Below the pieces are notes generated by a model. That model did no database searches and was not told the origin of the DNA. It saw only the letters and a program-made list of their open reading frames with translations. The translations under genes and the position numbers were made by a program. 64,000 bases of DNA from Candidatus Versatilivoraceae bacterium (GTDB lineage Bacteria > Acidobacteriota > Terriglobia > Versatilivoradales > Versatilivoraceae), in NCBI GenBank assembly GCA_965197895.1, contig OZ240232.1, positions 330,318-394,317 on the forward strand. The letters are read 5' to 3'. Positions 1 to 10,129 of this stretch are shown one piece after another. Position 1 is the stretch's first letter; the number at the start of each line of letters is the position of its first letter.

Positions 1-114
1 CAACCACGTCCTATCCATTGAGATGGAGTGTGAATATCTCAATGTTGAGGAAGGACTGAAGAAGTCGGTCGATTTCCTCAAGCCAATCGTGCTGGAAAAG
101 GAACCCGGCCCAAA

Positions 115-876
115 GTGGTGGGAGCTGGCGGGAATGAGCGATGCGGGCAGTCTGTGGAAGGAGGACTGAGGGTGTCTCTCTCTATCGAGTGGGTTGGACT
201 GGCGTGCTTCAGACTTTGGCAGGACCGCCGGCCCAGGCTGGTGATGGATCCCTATACCCCTTCCGCGGTAGGGTTGGGAGGACCGGATGCCCCGTTTCTC
301 CAGGCTGATCAGGTTATCGTCAGTTCTCTCACCGACCGGGGCCACGCCTGCGTCCGGTTGGTTGAGGGCAATCCCCCGGTGATCAACGCACTGGACGTGG
401 CTGAGGGCCGCAGTCAGGCGATGATTAATGGGGAGCCTGTTGTGACCCTCAAAGCAGCCGAGGCTCCGGACCATCCCGAAGGAGCCGATGACAATGCGTT
501 GTATGCCTTTAAGGCCGAGGACCTCTGGATCCTTCACATGGGAGACCTGGGCTACGGACTGAGTGACGATCAACTGGCTCCGTTTGCCGGGCGCTGCGAT
601 GTCTTACTGGCCATCGTGGGGGAGAAACTCACGCTATCGCTCGATGAGTTGGACCCGATCATCGGCTTTCTCAAGCCTAAGTGGATCCTGCCCATGCACT
701 ACTATCTTCTTCCCATTGACGGCGGCATGACTCCCGTCGAAGTGTTCTTGAAACGGCGCCCAAGAGATCCGGTGTTCCACGTGCGTCGTCATACCGTGCA
801 GCTGCCTCCTCCCCGTTTGTCAACGGACAGACCGACCCTGGTTGTGCTGGAACCTTCAGGCTATCGCCCCAGTTGA
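115..876 (+). CDS. MBL-fold metallo-hydrolase-like protein (Lactamase_B_2-like; His motif appears degenerate)
   Basis: The N-terminus (VSLSIEWVGLACFRLW.., LVMDPY) matches the UPF0173/MBL-fold pattern ITWLGHACFLIE..ILIDPF. The expected HxHxDH motif is replaced by SSLTDRGHA. The start codon is GTG and the true start is uncertain. Confidence 0.5.
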   Translation: MVGAGGNERCGQSVEGGLRVSLSIEWVGLACFRLWQDRRPRLVMDPYTPSAVGLGGPDAPFLQADQVIVSSLTDRGHACVRLVEGNPPVINALDVAEGRSQAMINGEPVVTLKAAEAPDHPEGADDNALYAFKAEDLWILHMGDLGYGLSDDQLAPFAGRCDVLLAIVGEKLTLSLDELDPIIGFLKPKWILPMHYYLLPIDGGMTPVEVFLKRRPRDPVFHVRRHTVQLPPPRLSTDRPTLVVLEPSGYRPS

Positions 877-1090
877 GGTCTCGGCGGCGTCTTCCGGAGG
901 TTGGTGGGTTCGATTGAACCTGTAAAAGGGGACCGGGCTCGGTCAAAGGAGAGCACGCCGGAACCTGCGATGAGGACAGGTCGAAGAAACCGGTGGGGAA
1001 AGGCGTTCATTCGGACTGAGGAATTTTCGGAATTTCTTGGAGCCCGTGCGAGTGGGGATCCCTGCGCCGGATGAGTGGCAGGTCAGCGAG

Positions 1091-1876
1091 TCAAGACGCG
1101 GCTTCTGCAAACGTTTGGCGGAAGCGTTCCAAGGCAAGATGGTCATCGCTCTTGGGAAACGCTTCCAATCCCACAATACCGGTATAACCGATCTCCCGAA
1201 GGGCATCGGCCACCCGGGGGTAGTGAATCTCCCCCGTGCCCGGCTCGTGGCGTCCGGGGACGTCGGCCACGTGAATGTGCCCGATGAGTTCCCGATAGTC
1301 TCGAATGCCCTGGATGATGTTGCCTTCCTCCACCTGAACGTGGTAAACATCGACGAGAAGTCGCACTCGCGGACTTCCGACTTGACGGATCAGTCGGGCC
1401 CCGTCCTCCAGTTTGGGAAAGGGATAACGGGCGTGGTCGACCTTGGTGTTGAGTACTTCGAAGTTATAGAAAATGTTCTGCTTTTCAGCCACTTCCGCCA
1501 GTTGACACAGGCATCGATAGGCGGTGATCCAGACATCCGCGGGATGCTCGGCAATGGCATGAACCACTTGGCCTTTTCGGTTAAGCTCTCCGGTTGCGAT
1601 GGCCAGGTTCCGGCATCCGATTCTTTGGGCCACAGTTAGATTTTTCTTGGCGCCTTCAAGAAAGGTGTTGACGCCATCGGGGTGAACCATGCTGCCTGCG
1701 CCCCAGCCGGGCATGGAAACGATTCGGATGTTGGGATCAGCGGCGATCGCATCGAGGACTCGGTTTTCCCAGCCCCAGAGCTCCACGGAGAATCCGGCAC
1801 CGGCGATTTCACGAACCCTTTGTTCGAAGGGAAGGTCCGGGAAGACGGTGCCTTCACAAACGGAGAGTTCAAACAT
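1091..1876 (-). CDS. Hydroxypyruvate isomerase-like sugar-phosphate isomerase/epimerase (xylose-isomerase-like TIM barrel)
   Basis: 261 aa with an AP-endonuclease-2/Hyi family pattern (FSVELWGWENR.., HIHVADVPGRHEPGTGEI). Confidence 0.65.
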   Translation of the reverse strand: MFELSVCEGTVFPDLPFEQRVREIAGAGFSVELWGWENRVLDAIAADPNIRIVSMPGWGAGSMVHPDGVNTFLEGAKKNLTVAQRIGCRNLAIATGELNRKGQVVHAIAEHPADVWITAYRCLCQLAEVAEKQNIFYNFEVLNTKVDHARYPFPKLEDGARLIRQVGSPRVRLLVDVYHVQVEEGNIIQGIRDYRELIGHIHVADVPGRHEPGTGEIHYPRVADALREIGYTGIVGLEAFPKSDDHLALERFRQTFAEAAS

Positions 1877-2238
1877 GCTGGCTCCTTTCGATGCTGACGA
1901 GGGTGGCCGATCGGCCCCTCGTCTCCGATCATTCTTGTTTCTCGGTCGCGTGGGTCACCACAATCTGTTTCCGACTTGAAAGCCGCGGCAGGTTGGACTT
2001 TACGCTACCCCCCGGTGGGATTGCAAGGATCACGTCAGACAGCTGCGACTTTGCTGAGCCAAGAGCCTGTTTGAGTCATGTCGTGGGAAATCATGAGGGT
2101 AATTGAAAGGGGAGTCCATGGCGTCCCAGAGGGTTTGGGAGCGTGCTTGCCTGAGGGCCAGGCACAGTCAGGCGCGTCTGGCCCGCATCCAGAGGGGCAA
2201 TCCGCGATGCGGACGGGCTCCTGGGAAAGGAGGAATCT

Positions 2239-3012
2239 ATGAGCGGTCGCTTTCGGGAGTTGCTGAGGACACGTGAAGTCTTCTACGGTGTGATCTGCCG
2301 TGATGTCACGGTTACCGATCTGGAGCTGATGGCCCAGGTCGGCTATTCGGTGATCTTCCTCGACCTGGAGCACAGTTCACAATCGACTGCGGAAGTCCTT
2401 AGGCTCGGCCGAACCATTTCTCATCTGGGAATGGTTCCCTTAGTGCGTATTCCTGAGTTGTTACGGACACATGTGCAGTGTCTTCTCGATGGAGGCATTG
2501 AAATCATAACCTTGCCTGACGTCAAGAGTGCTGCCGAGGCCTCGCGACTGGTACAGTTGGGCAAGTTCCCTCCTCTTGGCGAACGAGGGGTATCGACCTC
2601 CTCTGCTGGGACCGGTTTCACACTTGGAACGAATCCACAGCGCGCACTGAGAGAGGCCAACGAGGGAACTTCACTCATGGTCATGATCGAGAGTGACGAA
2701 GGCTACGAGGCCCTGGATGACATTCTCAAGGTTCGCGGGATTGACTTGTTGACTGTGGGCGAAATGGATTGGTCGGTCAGCCTGGGCCTTTTCGGCGCTG
2801 AGGCCAAGCGTGTCTTGGCTCCGAAAATTGAGCGGGTGCTGACGACGGCTCACCGGAGTGGCAAAATCCTGGCCATGGGCGGAGGGAACCCCCAACAGGC
2901 CGATTATTACCGGAGCTTGGGGGTCCGACTCTTCTTTGTGGGTGTCGACGTCAACCTCAAGCGCAAGGTTCTGTCCGAATCCCTGTCCGGTCTCAGAGAA
3001 GTTCTGGGCTAA
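2239..3012 (+). CDS. HpcH/HpaI family aldolase (2-keto-3-deoxy-acid aldolase)
   Basis: 257 aa carrying the motifs VIFLDLEHS, PLVRIP and KFPPLGERG that are characteristic of the HpcH/HpaI family. Confidence 0.7.
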   Translation: MSGRFRELLRTREVFYGVICRDVTVTDLELMAQVGYSVIFLDLEHSSQSTAEVLRLGRTISHLGMVPLVRIPELLRTHVQCLLDGGIEIITLPDVKSAAEASRLVQLGKFPPLGERGVSTSSAGTGFTLGTNPQRALREANEGTSLMVMIESDEGYEALDDILKVRGIDLLTVGEMDWSVSLGLFGAEAKRVLAPKIERVLTTAHRSGKILAMGGGNPQQADYYRSLGVRLFFVGVDVNLKRKVLSESLSGLREVLG

Positions 3013-3040
3013 GATCCGGAGGTCGCATGGCCAAGTCGGG

Positions 3041-3898
3041 TCAAAGTATACCGAGTGGCACGTCGTGGTCAGGTGCAGGAAAAGCTTCTTCGATGGCTCT
3101 GAGATCGTTGCTGGAGAGTTTCCACCCCATCGATTCACTATTTTCCCGCACATGTTCATTCCGGCTTGCCTTGGGAATGGTGAACACTCCCGCGTGCCGC
3201 GTCAGAAAATTAAGGACGACCTGCCGGGCCGTTCGCCCATGCTTTTCGGCGATGTCTGCCAAAACCTGGCCACCACTGCTGGTGGAAGAGGGAAAGCTGG
3301 AGTGACCGAAGGGACTGTAAGCCACCACGGCGATCTGTTGCTCGGCGCAATAAGGGATGAGCCGCCGCTCAATGCCCCGGGCCCCGAGGTGGTAGAGAAC
3401 CTGATTGCAGGCCAGCCGTTCGTGGCGAAGCGCTCGCTGAGCCTCCTTCAGTTCATCCAAGTCCAAGTTGCTAACCCCGATAAAGCGGATGCAACCCTGA
3501 TTGACCAGGGTTTCCATGGCCTTCATCGTCTCTTGGATCGAATGGTAACCACTCCAATGCAGGAGATAGAGATCCAGATAGTTTGTTCGAAGTCGCTGCA
3601 GGCTTCGCTCGCAAGCCCGCAAGGTCCCGTCATAGGAAGCATTGGAGGGGAGCACCTTGCTCACCAGGAACACCTGGCTCCGCCTGTTGCCTAGAGCTTC
3701 TGCCGTCAACTCCTCGGCGCGGCCGTTGCCATACATCTCGGCAGTATCGATGTGCGTCAGCCCCAGGTCGAGCCCCAGTTGTAGAGCTGCCACAGCCCGC
3801 TGCTCCTTGGCGCGGCTGCCCTCAATCATCCAGGTTCCTTGTCCCACAACCGGAACCTTAACCTTAGTCCAACCGAATTTGCGTTTGATGATCGCCAT
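3041..3898 (-). CDS. Aldo/keto reductase
   Basis: 285 aa with AKR family motifs (GTWMIEG, HIDTAEMYGNG, IGVSN). Confidence 0.75.
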   Translation of the reverse strand: MAIIKRKFGWTKVKVPVVGQGTWMIEGSRAKEQRAVAALQLGLDLGLTHIDTAEMYGNGRAEELTAEALGNRRSQVFLVSKVLPSNASYDGTLRACERSLQRLRTNYLDLYLLHWSGYHSIQETMKAMETLVNQGCIRFIGVSNLDLDELKEAQRALRHERLACNQVLYHLGARGIERRLIPYCAEQQIAVVAYSPFGHSSFPSSTSSGGQVLADIAEKHGRTARQVVLNFLTRHAGVFTIPKASRNEHVRENSESMGWKLSSNDLRAIEEAFPAPDHDVPLGIL

Positions 3899-4252
3899 TC
3901 TTATCAGTTAACCTTGAGCATTCTGGGATTCAAGGGGGGTCTTGAGATTGAACCATTGGGCCGCCAATAGGCGGCGTTGCTATGTGGCTGTCAGGCAGCG
4001 CTCGGTTATGGCACAATCGATGGGGCGCTTGCACCAATCTGGCAGATTGCTTGTCACCCCAGTCGATTACCGCGCCGACTTCCCTCCCGAGAGGGCCACA
4101 CCATTGATTCTTCTTGAGAAAAGTTGTTTGTTCAGCAGATGACCCTTTTCCCGGCTCTCCATCACGATGGTGGAAGTATGCGCTCGGTGTCGGGCATCCC
4201 CGTTAAGGCTTGATCCGTATCCCGATGGCTCTTGGGCTCCGCTTGGGATTGC

Positions 4253-5482
4253 CTAGCCGGTCAGGATTGCCCCTTCGGCCTCGAGGCTTTCGGTTTCGGC
4301 GTCGCTGTAACCATGTTCGCGCAGCACTTCCCGTGTGTGTTCGCCCAGGACAGGTGCACCTCTCTCCAGACAGGTTGGTGTGGCGGAAAACTTGACCGGC
4401 ACCCCCAACGTTTTCACCTTCCCCAGGCGGCTGTGCTGGACCTCCGTCACCATTTGCCGTTCTTTCACTTGAGGATTGGCGTGCATGGCGGCGATGGAAA
4501 GCACCGGTCCAGCCGGAATCCCTGCAGCCTGGAACTTCTCCAGCCAGAAGGCGGTGGTTTGTGTTTGAAAGTAGGGAGTCAGGATTTCGACTAGCATAGC
4601 TAAATTCTGCATCCGTCCCGCATTGTCGCCGAAACGGTCATCTCGGCCGAGCTCGGGAACCCGGAGTACATCGAGCAACCGTTCCCAGTTGGCCTGGTTG
4701 GCGGCACCGACGTTGACCCAGCCATCGCGGGTTTCAAAGGACTGGTAGGGAGCCATCAATGGATGGGCCGAGCCCATCGCGACCGGGGAGACACCCGTTG
4801 CCAGATAGATGGCCGACTGCCAATAAGTGTGAACGATGCCGGCTTCAAGAAGGGAGGTGTCCACCGCCTGTCCTTTTCCTGTGCTTTGCCGGTGAACATA
4901 GGCCGCAACGATTCCCAGAGCCGCCAGGATTCCCGCGGTGATGTCTGTCATGGGGGCTCCCACCTTCACCGGTGCCCGGCCGGGCCCTTCGCCCGTAATG
5001 CTCATCAAACCACTCATTCCCTGGGCGATCAGATCAAAGCCTCCCCGGTCGGCATAAGGACCGGTCTGACCGAAGCCCGAGAGCGAACAGTATATGAGGC
5101 GAGGGTTATCCGGTTTCAACTGGTTGTAGCCCAACCCCAGTTCATCCATGGTGCCCTTGCGGAAATTTTCAATGACAACGTCACTGTTACTCGCCAGTCG
5201 CCGAAAGACCTCCCGACCCTTCTTGGTCTTGAGGTTGAGTCCGATGCCGCGCTTGTTGCGATTCATCATCATGAAGGCGGCCGACTCCCCCTGGATCTCT
5301 GGCGGAACAGCTCGCCTGGTATCGTCTCCACCAGGAAGGCGTTCCACTTTGATGACGTCTGCCCCTAAATCGGCCAGCATCAGTCCGCAGGTGGGCCCCG
5401 CCATGACGTGGCTGGCTTCCAGCACTTTCATGCCAACCAGCGGACCGGCACGTGTTGGGGCTTGCTTTTGGCTCATGGTCAA
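4253..5482 (-). CDS. CoA-transferase family III (CaiB/BaiF-like)
   Basis: 409 aa. The N-terminal LEASHVMAGPTCGLMLADLGADVIKVE is the typical family III CoA-transferase signature. Confidence 0.75.
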   Translation of the reverse strand: MTMSQKQAPTRAGPLVGMKVLEASHVMAGPTCGLMLADLGADVIKVERLPGGDDTRRAVPPEIQGESAAFMMMNRNKRGIGLNLKTKKGREVFRRLASNSDVVIENFRKGTMDELGLGYNQLKPDNPRLIYCSLSGFGQTGPYADRGGFDLIAQGMSGLMSITGEGPGRAPVKVGAPMTDITAGILAALGIVAAYVHRQSTGKGQAVDTSLLEAGIVHTYWQSAIYLATGVSPVAMGSAHPLMAPYQSFETRDGWVNVGAANQANWERLLDVLRVPELGRDDRFGDNAGRMQNLAMLVEILTPYFQTQTTAFWLEKFQAAGIPAGPVLSIAAMHANPQVKERQMVTEVQHSRLGKVKTLGVPVKFSATPTCLERGAPVLGEHTREVLREHGYSDAETESLEAEGAILTG

Positions 5483-6258
5483 CCTGCCTTAAATCGTGGC
5501 TTGGTCTTTTTGAGGAAAGCCCGATACCCTTCCTGGTGGTCCTCGGTTCCAACGATCTCAAACCCTTGGTCCACTTCCGCCGGCGTCAGCGGCGCAGGAT
5601 CCAGGAGGCGGTAGGCAAACTTCTTGTGCAGGCGATTGGCCAGGGGAGCACCGTCCGCGATGCGGCGGGCGGTGGTGTAGGTTTCCTTCTCGACCTCGCT
5701 GTCCGGAACGACGCGCGTGACCAAGCCCTTGATCTTTGCTTCCCGGGAGCCGAAGACGCGACCTTCCAGAAGGATCTCCAGGGCGGCCGCCCGGCCGACG
5801 AGATCAATCAGTGCCCGGATCTCAGGGTAGGCCATGGTGATGGCGATGCGATTGACCGGGACCCCGAAACGGCTGGACTCGCCACAAATTCTGAGGTCGC
5901 ACATGGACGCCAACTCTAAACCCCCACCGACGCAGACACCTTGGATCATGGCAATGACCGGGTGCTGACAGTCCCTGATTGCTTGCATTGCCTTTTGGAT
6001 GAGGTCGCCATAGTCTCTCGCTTGCTGGCGATTGGAGCGGTGTGCCGCAAATTCGGAGATATCGGCGCCCGGCGAGAATGCTTTCCGGCCGGCCCCCCGC
6101 AGCACAATGCAGCGTAAGGTCTCATCGGACGAGAGATCTCGCATGACCTGTCCCACGCGTCCCCACAGGGCCCTGCTGAGAGCATTCAGCTTGTCGGGTC
6201 GGTTCAGAATGACCGTCGCAATGTCTTGCTCTCGCTGAGTTAAGAGAATGTCGCTCAT
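5479..6258 (-). CDS. Enoyl-CoA hydratase/isomerase (crotonase family)
   Basis: 259 aa with the crotonase oxyanion-hole pattern (FSPGADISEF.., CVGGGLELA). It overlaps the downstream CoA-transferase gene by 4 bp, which suggests an operon. Confidence 0.75.
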   Translation of the reverse strand: MSDILLTQREQDIATVILNRPDKLNALSRALWGRVGQVMRDLSSDETLRCIVLRGAGRKAFSPGADISEFAAHRSNRQQARDYGDLIQKAMQAIRDCQHPVIAMIQGVCVGGGLELASMCDLRICGESSRFGVPVNRIAITMAYPEIRALIDLVGRAAALEILLEGRVFGSREAKIKGLVTRVVPDSEVEKETYTTARRIADGAPLANRLHKKFAYRLLDPAPLTPAEVDQGFEIVGTEDHQEGYRAFLKKTKPRFKAG

Positions 6259-6490
6259 CTCTGTGAGACGCCATGGACCTGACTGGGTCTTGCCTTCAAT
6301 CCGGTTAGCCGGTGCAATCTCAACGGATCAATCCGTGATGGGTTTGAAATGCGATTCTCGAGCAGTCAGCCACTCGATTGGCTGTAGCCCTCGGCAGTCA
6401 GGTGAGGTGCACAAGCCATTCACAAATATCCTTTCGCCAGCAGTCTTGTCAAGGTTGTGTAACTGTCCATGAGTAAGCAGCGGGCCAGGG

Positions 6491-7936
6491 TCACTCGGCA
6501 GGATCTTTCTTTCCCGGTCGTGCAGGGAGTCGGATCTCGATAATCAATCCTCCTCCCGGAGCGTTAGAGGCCATCACCGAGCCATCATGGAACTGCACAG
6601 CCCGCTGTGTAATGGCCAATCCTAGTCCGGCTCCACCGCTCTGCCGGTCTCGGGCTGGTGCCACCCGGTAAAATGGCCGAAAGATCTCGGTGAGTTCCGA
6701 CTCGCGGACGCCTTTCCCTCGGTCGCGAACTCTAATGACGGCTGAGTCGCGGTTTTTCCCTTCCAGCTTCAACTCAATTTCGACTTCGGTTTGGTCCGCC
6801 GTGTAATAAACGGCGTTGCGGACAACGTTCTCAATCGCGCTTCGCAACAGTTCGTGGTTTCCGACGGTGACGCAACTCTCGCTAGAGGTGACGCGAACCG
6901 TCCTTTCCGAGCTACGGGCCTCGAATTCAGCATCGGCGGCCACCTCCGCAAGCATTTGGGCCAAGTCGACGTCGTCGTGGGTTATCTCCACGGTACCACT
7001 TTCCATGCGCGTGAGAGCAAGCAATTGGCTGATGAGCTTGTTGAGGCGCCCCGCCTCCAACTCGATTCGATCCAGTTCGTCACTGGTCTTGCCGCCAGCT
7101 CTTTGACGAATCAATGCCAGAGCCACATTCAGGCGGGCCAGGGGGGAGCGCAGCTCGTGAGAGATGTCACTGAGCAGGCGGCGCTGAGCGCCCACCATGG
7201 TTTGGATGCGTTCGGCCATTTGATCGAAATCACGGCCAAGTTCGGTGAGTTCGTCCTGGCGGCCGCGTGGAGTGTTTCCGACCCGAGCGGCCAAGTCTCC
7301 ATCCGCCAACTTCTGCGTGGCGGCCCGAAGTTTAACCAGCGGAGCAGTCAGGTAGCGTGCCAAGCCATAGCAGACGATTCCAGCCGTCAGGAACATCGCC
7401 AGCAAGCGAAGTCCCTGGGTCCGGAGATCGGCATCCGGAATGGCTAAGTCCCTCCAAAAGGATGGCGATGCCGGTCGTCGTCCGGAACGAAATCTTGGGG
7501 GAGGTCCCCTGATTTCTCCTGCCAGGACGAACTGTTGGCCCTCAGATGAAACCACACCCTGTGCCACCAGACGCACTCCATCAGAGAATTCCATCTCGAG
7601 CTTACCACTATCAGTCGCACGCACCGCCAAGGTCTTGGCCCTGGGTGATGGAGCAGGTCCAGCCAGGATGTCTCCTTGCTCATTGATGAAAGAGACGTTG
7701 AGTCGGCGCCGACGATTGACTCGATTGACGTATCGACGCAAAGCTAAGGAGCCCTGCTTCTCGAAAATGTCAGCCGCCGTTTGGGCAACGGAGGACATGG
7801 CCATCTCAATATACTGGCGCCCTTGACGGTCTGCCTGCTCTGACATGGTGGCTCGGGTCGAGAAGTAAAGGGCCAAGCCAACCAGAGCCATGGCTGCCCA
7901 GAACCAGATGAAGATTTTTAGTACAAGACTATTCAT
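6491..7936 (-). CDS. Sensor histidine kinase (two TM segments, periplasmic domain, HAMP, HisKA, HATPase)
   Basis: 481 aa with an H-box (LSDISHELRSPLARL) and a G-box (GAGLGLAI). It lies 213 bp downstream of the response regulator on the same strand. Confidence 0.8.
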   Translation of the reverse strand: MNSLVLKIFIWFWAAMALVGLALYFSTRATMSEQADRQGRQYIEMAMSSVAQTAADIFEKQGSLALRRYVNRVNRRRRLNVSFINEQGDILAGPAPSPRAKTLAVRATDSGKLEMEFSDGVRLVAQGVVSSEGQQFVLAGEIRGPPPRFRSGRRPASPSFWRDLAIPDADLRTQGLRLLAMFLTAGIVCYGLARYLTAPLVKLRAATQKLADGDLAARVGNTPRGRQDELTELGRDFDQMAERIQTMVGAQRRLLSDISHELRSPLARLNVALALIRQRAGGKTSDELDRIELEAGRLNKLISQLLALTRMESGTVEITHDDVDLAQMLAEVAADAEFEARSSERTVRVTSSESCVTVGNHELLRSAIENVVRNAVYYTADQTEVEIELKLEGKNRDSAVIRVRDRGKGVRESELTEIFRPFYRVAPARDRQSGGAGLGLAITQRAVQFHDGSVMASNAPGGGLIIEIRLPARPGKKDPAE

Positions 7937-8149
7937 GCGTTCAGCTCTTAGCCAAGAACCTCAGACGCTTTCGGCTTCATCCAAGGAGTGTCACCCACTA
8001 CTTCCAATCCGAATTTGATGGTCTGCAAATAATGGATCGGATTTTCTGCAGATTTGTCAACGAAGCAGAGGAGCAGTTCGACACAGACTCAGGCCGGGAC
8101 GGTTTCTCTAGAGCCCCTACCACAGTCCCCACAACCAAATCCGACCTCC

Positions 8150-8908
8150 TCATTGGGCAGACTTCTCCTGATCTTGGTAACCAGAAGGGGACTCTGCTCC
8201 CTCCAAAGTGTCTGGTTTGGGATAAACATACCCGACTCCCCGAACCGACTTGATCCGTTCGACTCCGTTCAGCTGGCGGCCCAGTTTTTTTCGCAAGTTG
8301 CTCACGTGCATGTCGATGCTGCGATCAAAGGGGTCAAACTCACGTCCCAGCAGTGTTTGGACGAGTTCCTCCCGGGGCACCACCTGGCCGGCCGACCGCA
8401 GTAGCATTTCCAGGAGATTGAACTCCAAAGCCGTAAGTTCCACCGGTTTGCCCGCTCGCCTGACCTTCCAGGCGTTCTTGTCCAGCTCGATATCACCCAC
8501 ATTCAGAGTCGGATGATGAATTCTGTCGGGCCCAAGCTCCCCGTTGGGCTGAGTGCGACGAATGATGGCCCGGATTCGCGCAACCAGCTCGTGAGGGTTG
8601 AAGGGTTTGGCCAGATAATCGTCAGCACCGATTTGGAGTCCCACGATTCTCTCGACGTCCTCAGCTCTCGCCGACAGCATTAGCACGGGGACTCGCGATT
8701 CAGCCCGGATGCGGCGCAAGACGTCAAAACCGTTGACACTTGGCAACATCACGTCCAGAACCACCAGGGAATACTCGCCCGAGAGGGCCCGTTCGATTCC
8801 CTCTTGTCCATCGTTGACGGTGTCCACTTGAAAACCCTCTACCTCCAGATACTCGGTGACCAGCGAACACAACTCGGTGTCGTCATCGACTACCAGCAAA
8901 CGATCCAT
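8150..8908 (-). CDS. OmpR-family response regulator (receiver + winged-helix)
   Basis: The ORF track extends to 9274. The receiver domain begins at MDRLLVVDDD, whose ATG lies at 8908 and is preceded by a GAGGT Shine-Dalgarno. The C-terminus has an OmpR/PhoB-type winged helix (VYVYP). Confidence 0.8.
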   Translation of the reverse strand: MDRLLVVDDDTELCSLVTEYLEVEGFQVDTVNDGQEGIERALSGEYSLVVLDVMLPSVNGFDVLRRIRAESRVPVLMLSARAEDVERIVGLQIGADDYLAKPFNPHELVARIRAIIRRTQPNGELGPDRIHHPTLNVGDIELDKNAWKVRRAGKPVELTALEFNLLEMLLRSAGQVVPREELVQTLLGREFDPFDRSIDMHVSNLRKKLGRQLNGVERIKSVRGVGYVYPKPDTLEGAESPSGYQDQEKSAQ

Positions 8909-9244
8909 GGTGACCTCAACGCGTGAATGGGTGCTGTACGGGTCGTCCCGGAGCAGGTAAGGGTACTGTTTTGGCTCGGTGGAGTTCAACCTTGAAGAAT
9001 AGGGTTTACTGAGATAGAAACGTTCGCTTTGGGGACAGGGTTTCAGACAAAGGGTTCCATCTGCCATGCGGCAGTTTCTCCTACAGAGGGTGCCAACTCT
9101 GACACCTGCTGCTTTTTGCCGCCAAGACGGAGGAAGAGGTTCGGTTATGGCCGGAAGAGGGTGGTGGGTCAACTGGTTCCCCCCAACACCCGAGAAGGGA
9201 CCTCCGGCCGATTTGTAAAGAAGCGTCAGATGGAGTGTCACCCG

Positions 9245-9283
9245 TTGACAAAACTCTACGCCATGCTGACGCACTCTTTACAG
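9245..9283 (+). promoter_or_regulatory. Conserved ~40-bp motif (TTGACAAAACTCTAC-N12-GCACTCTTTAC), copy A, 100 bp upstream of the CpxP-like gene
   Basis: Three near-identical copies occur at 9245, 10849 and 14129. Each has two (A)ACTCTTTAC half-sites (reverse-complement GTAAAGAGT) spaced 21-22 bp apart. Confidence 0.5.
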
Positions 9284-9382
9284 CCCTTTCGCCGAGAGCG
9301 ACGTATATATCGGTTAAGAGCCGGGGATGCAGAAAGTTCACTGCGAAGGCTCTTCCAAATCCTGGCTGAGGAGGAAACTCAA

Positions 9383-9931
9383 ATGTTTCAACTTTCAAAA
9401 AAAACGCAAACGGGTCGGATTCTAGCGAAGGGCTTGGTGGTCTCAGGCTTTGCTCTGGCATCGATCCTCTTGGTGGAATCTGCTTTCGGCCAATTCCCGG
9501 GCTTCGGAGAGGGAGGCGGCCGCGGGCGAGGCCCAGGCGGCAAGCGCATGAAAGGAAGGCAGGGAGGGAAGATGGTTGAATTTCTGGGATTGACAGAGGC
9601 TCAACAGGCCGACGCCAAAAAAATCCGACAGGCTGTCCGGGATCAATCCCAACCCATCCGCAAACAGTTGCGGGCCAACCGGAAAGCCCTGGGCGAAGCC
9701 ATCCAGGCAGGGAAGACAGCTCAGATCGACACTTTGGCAGACCAGCGGGGGCAACTTCAGGGTCAGTTGATTGCCATTGGTGCCAAAAGGCGGATGGAAC
9801 TTTTTCGAAACGTCTTGACGCCGGAGCAACAGCAGAAATGGGCTTCCTTTCAAGAGAGACGAAAAACCCGCAGGGAGGAGCGTAGGCAGAGGATGCGTGA
9901 GCGTTCTGGCCGCGGCCCCGGCGGCGACTAA
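9383..9931 (+). CDS. Periplasmic LTXXQ-motif protein (Spy/CpxP/ZraP-like chaperone family)
   Basis: Most likely start is ATG 9383, after a GAGGAGG Shine-Dalgarno. The product has a signal peptide (ILAKGLVVSGFALASILL), LTxxQ-type repeats (LTEAQQADAKKIRQ, LTPEQQQKW) and a basic C-terminus. It is divergent from the two-component operon, as cpxP is from cpxRA. Confidence 0.6.
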   Translation: MFQLSKKTQTGRILAKGLVVSGFALASILLVESAFGQFPGFGEGGGRGRGPGGKRMKGRQGGKMVEFLGLTEAQQADAKKIRQAVRDQSQPIRKQLRANRKALGEAIQAGKTAQIDTLADQRGQLQGQLIAIGAKRRMELFRNVLTPEQQQKWASFQERRKTRREERRQRMRERSGRGPGGD

Positions 9932-9936
9932 TCCTG

Positions 9937-9962
9937 GAGACCAACCCGGTGAGGTTGGTCTC
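9937..9962 (+). terminator. Putative intrinsic terminator hairpin after the CpxP-like gene
   Basis: GAGACCAACC-cggtga-GGTTGGTCTC forms a perfect 10-bp stem immediately after the TAA stop at 9931. A T-run (tctattttcgg) follows within about 25 nt. Confidence 0.4.
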
Positions 9963-10129
9963 GCCGGTGGCGATGAGGTGGGTCTATTTTCGGATAGGAT
10001 CAGACTTCACCTCATCGCCGCTGTTAGCCTCAGGGAGGCTTTGTCACGACAGCGATCCCTCGGCCAACTCGAGATGATCGACCGCCCGCAGCAGCCTGAA
10101 GACTAACGGTGGTTGACAAGGAGGGATGA

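Noticed and set aside
4232-5368. Plus-strand ORFs (4232..4594, 4763..5368) antisense to the CoA-transferase gene.
   Set aside because: They are antisense to a strongly supported CDS and have no recognisable domains.
8909-9274. A 122-aa N-terminal extension of the response-regulator ORF (ORF track 8150..9274).
   Set aside because: The receiver domain begins at MDRLLVVDDD with its own ATG and Shine-Dalgarno at 8908. The extension has no recognisable similarity and overlaps the divergent CpxP-like promoter region.
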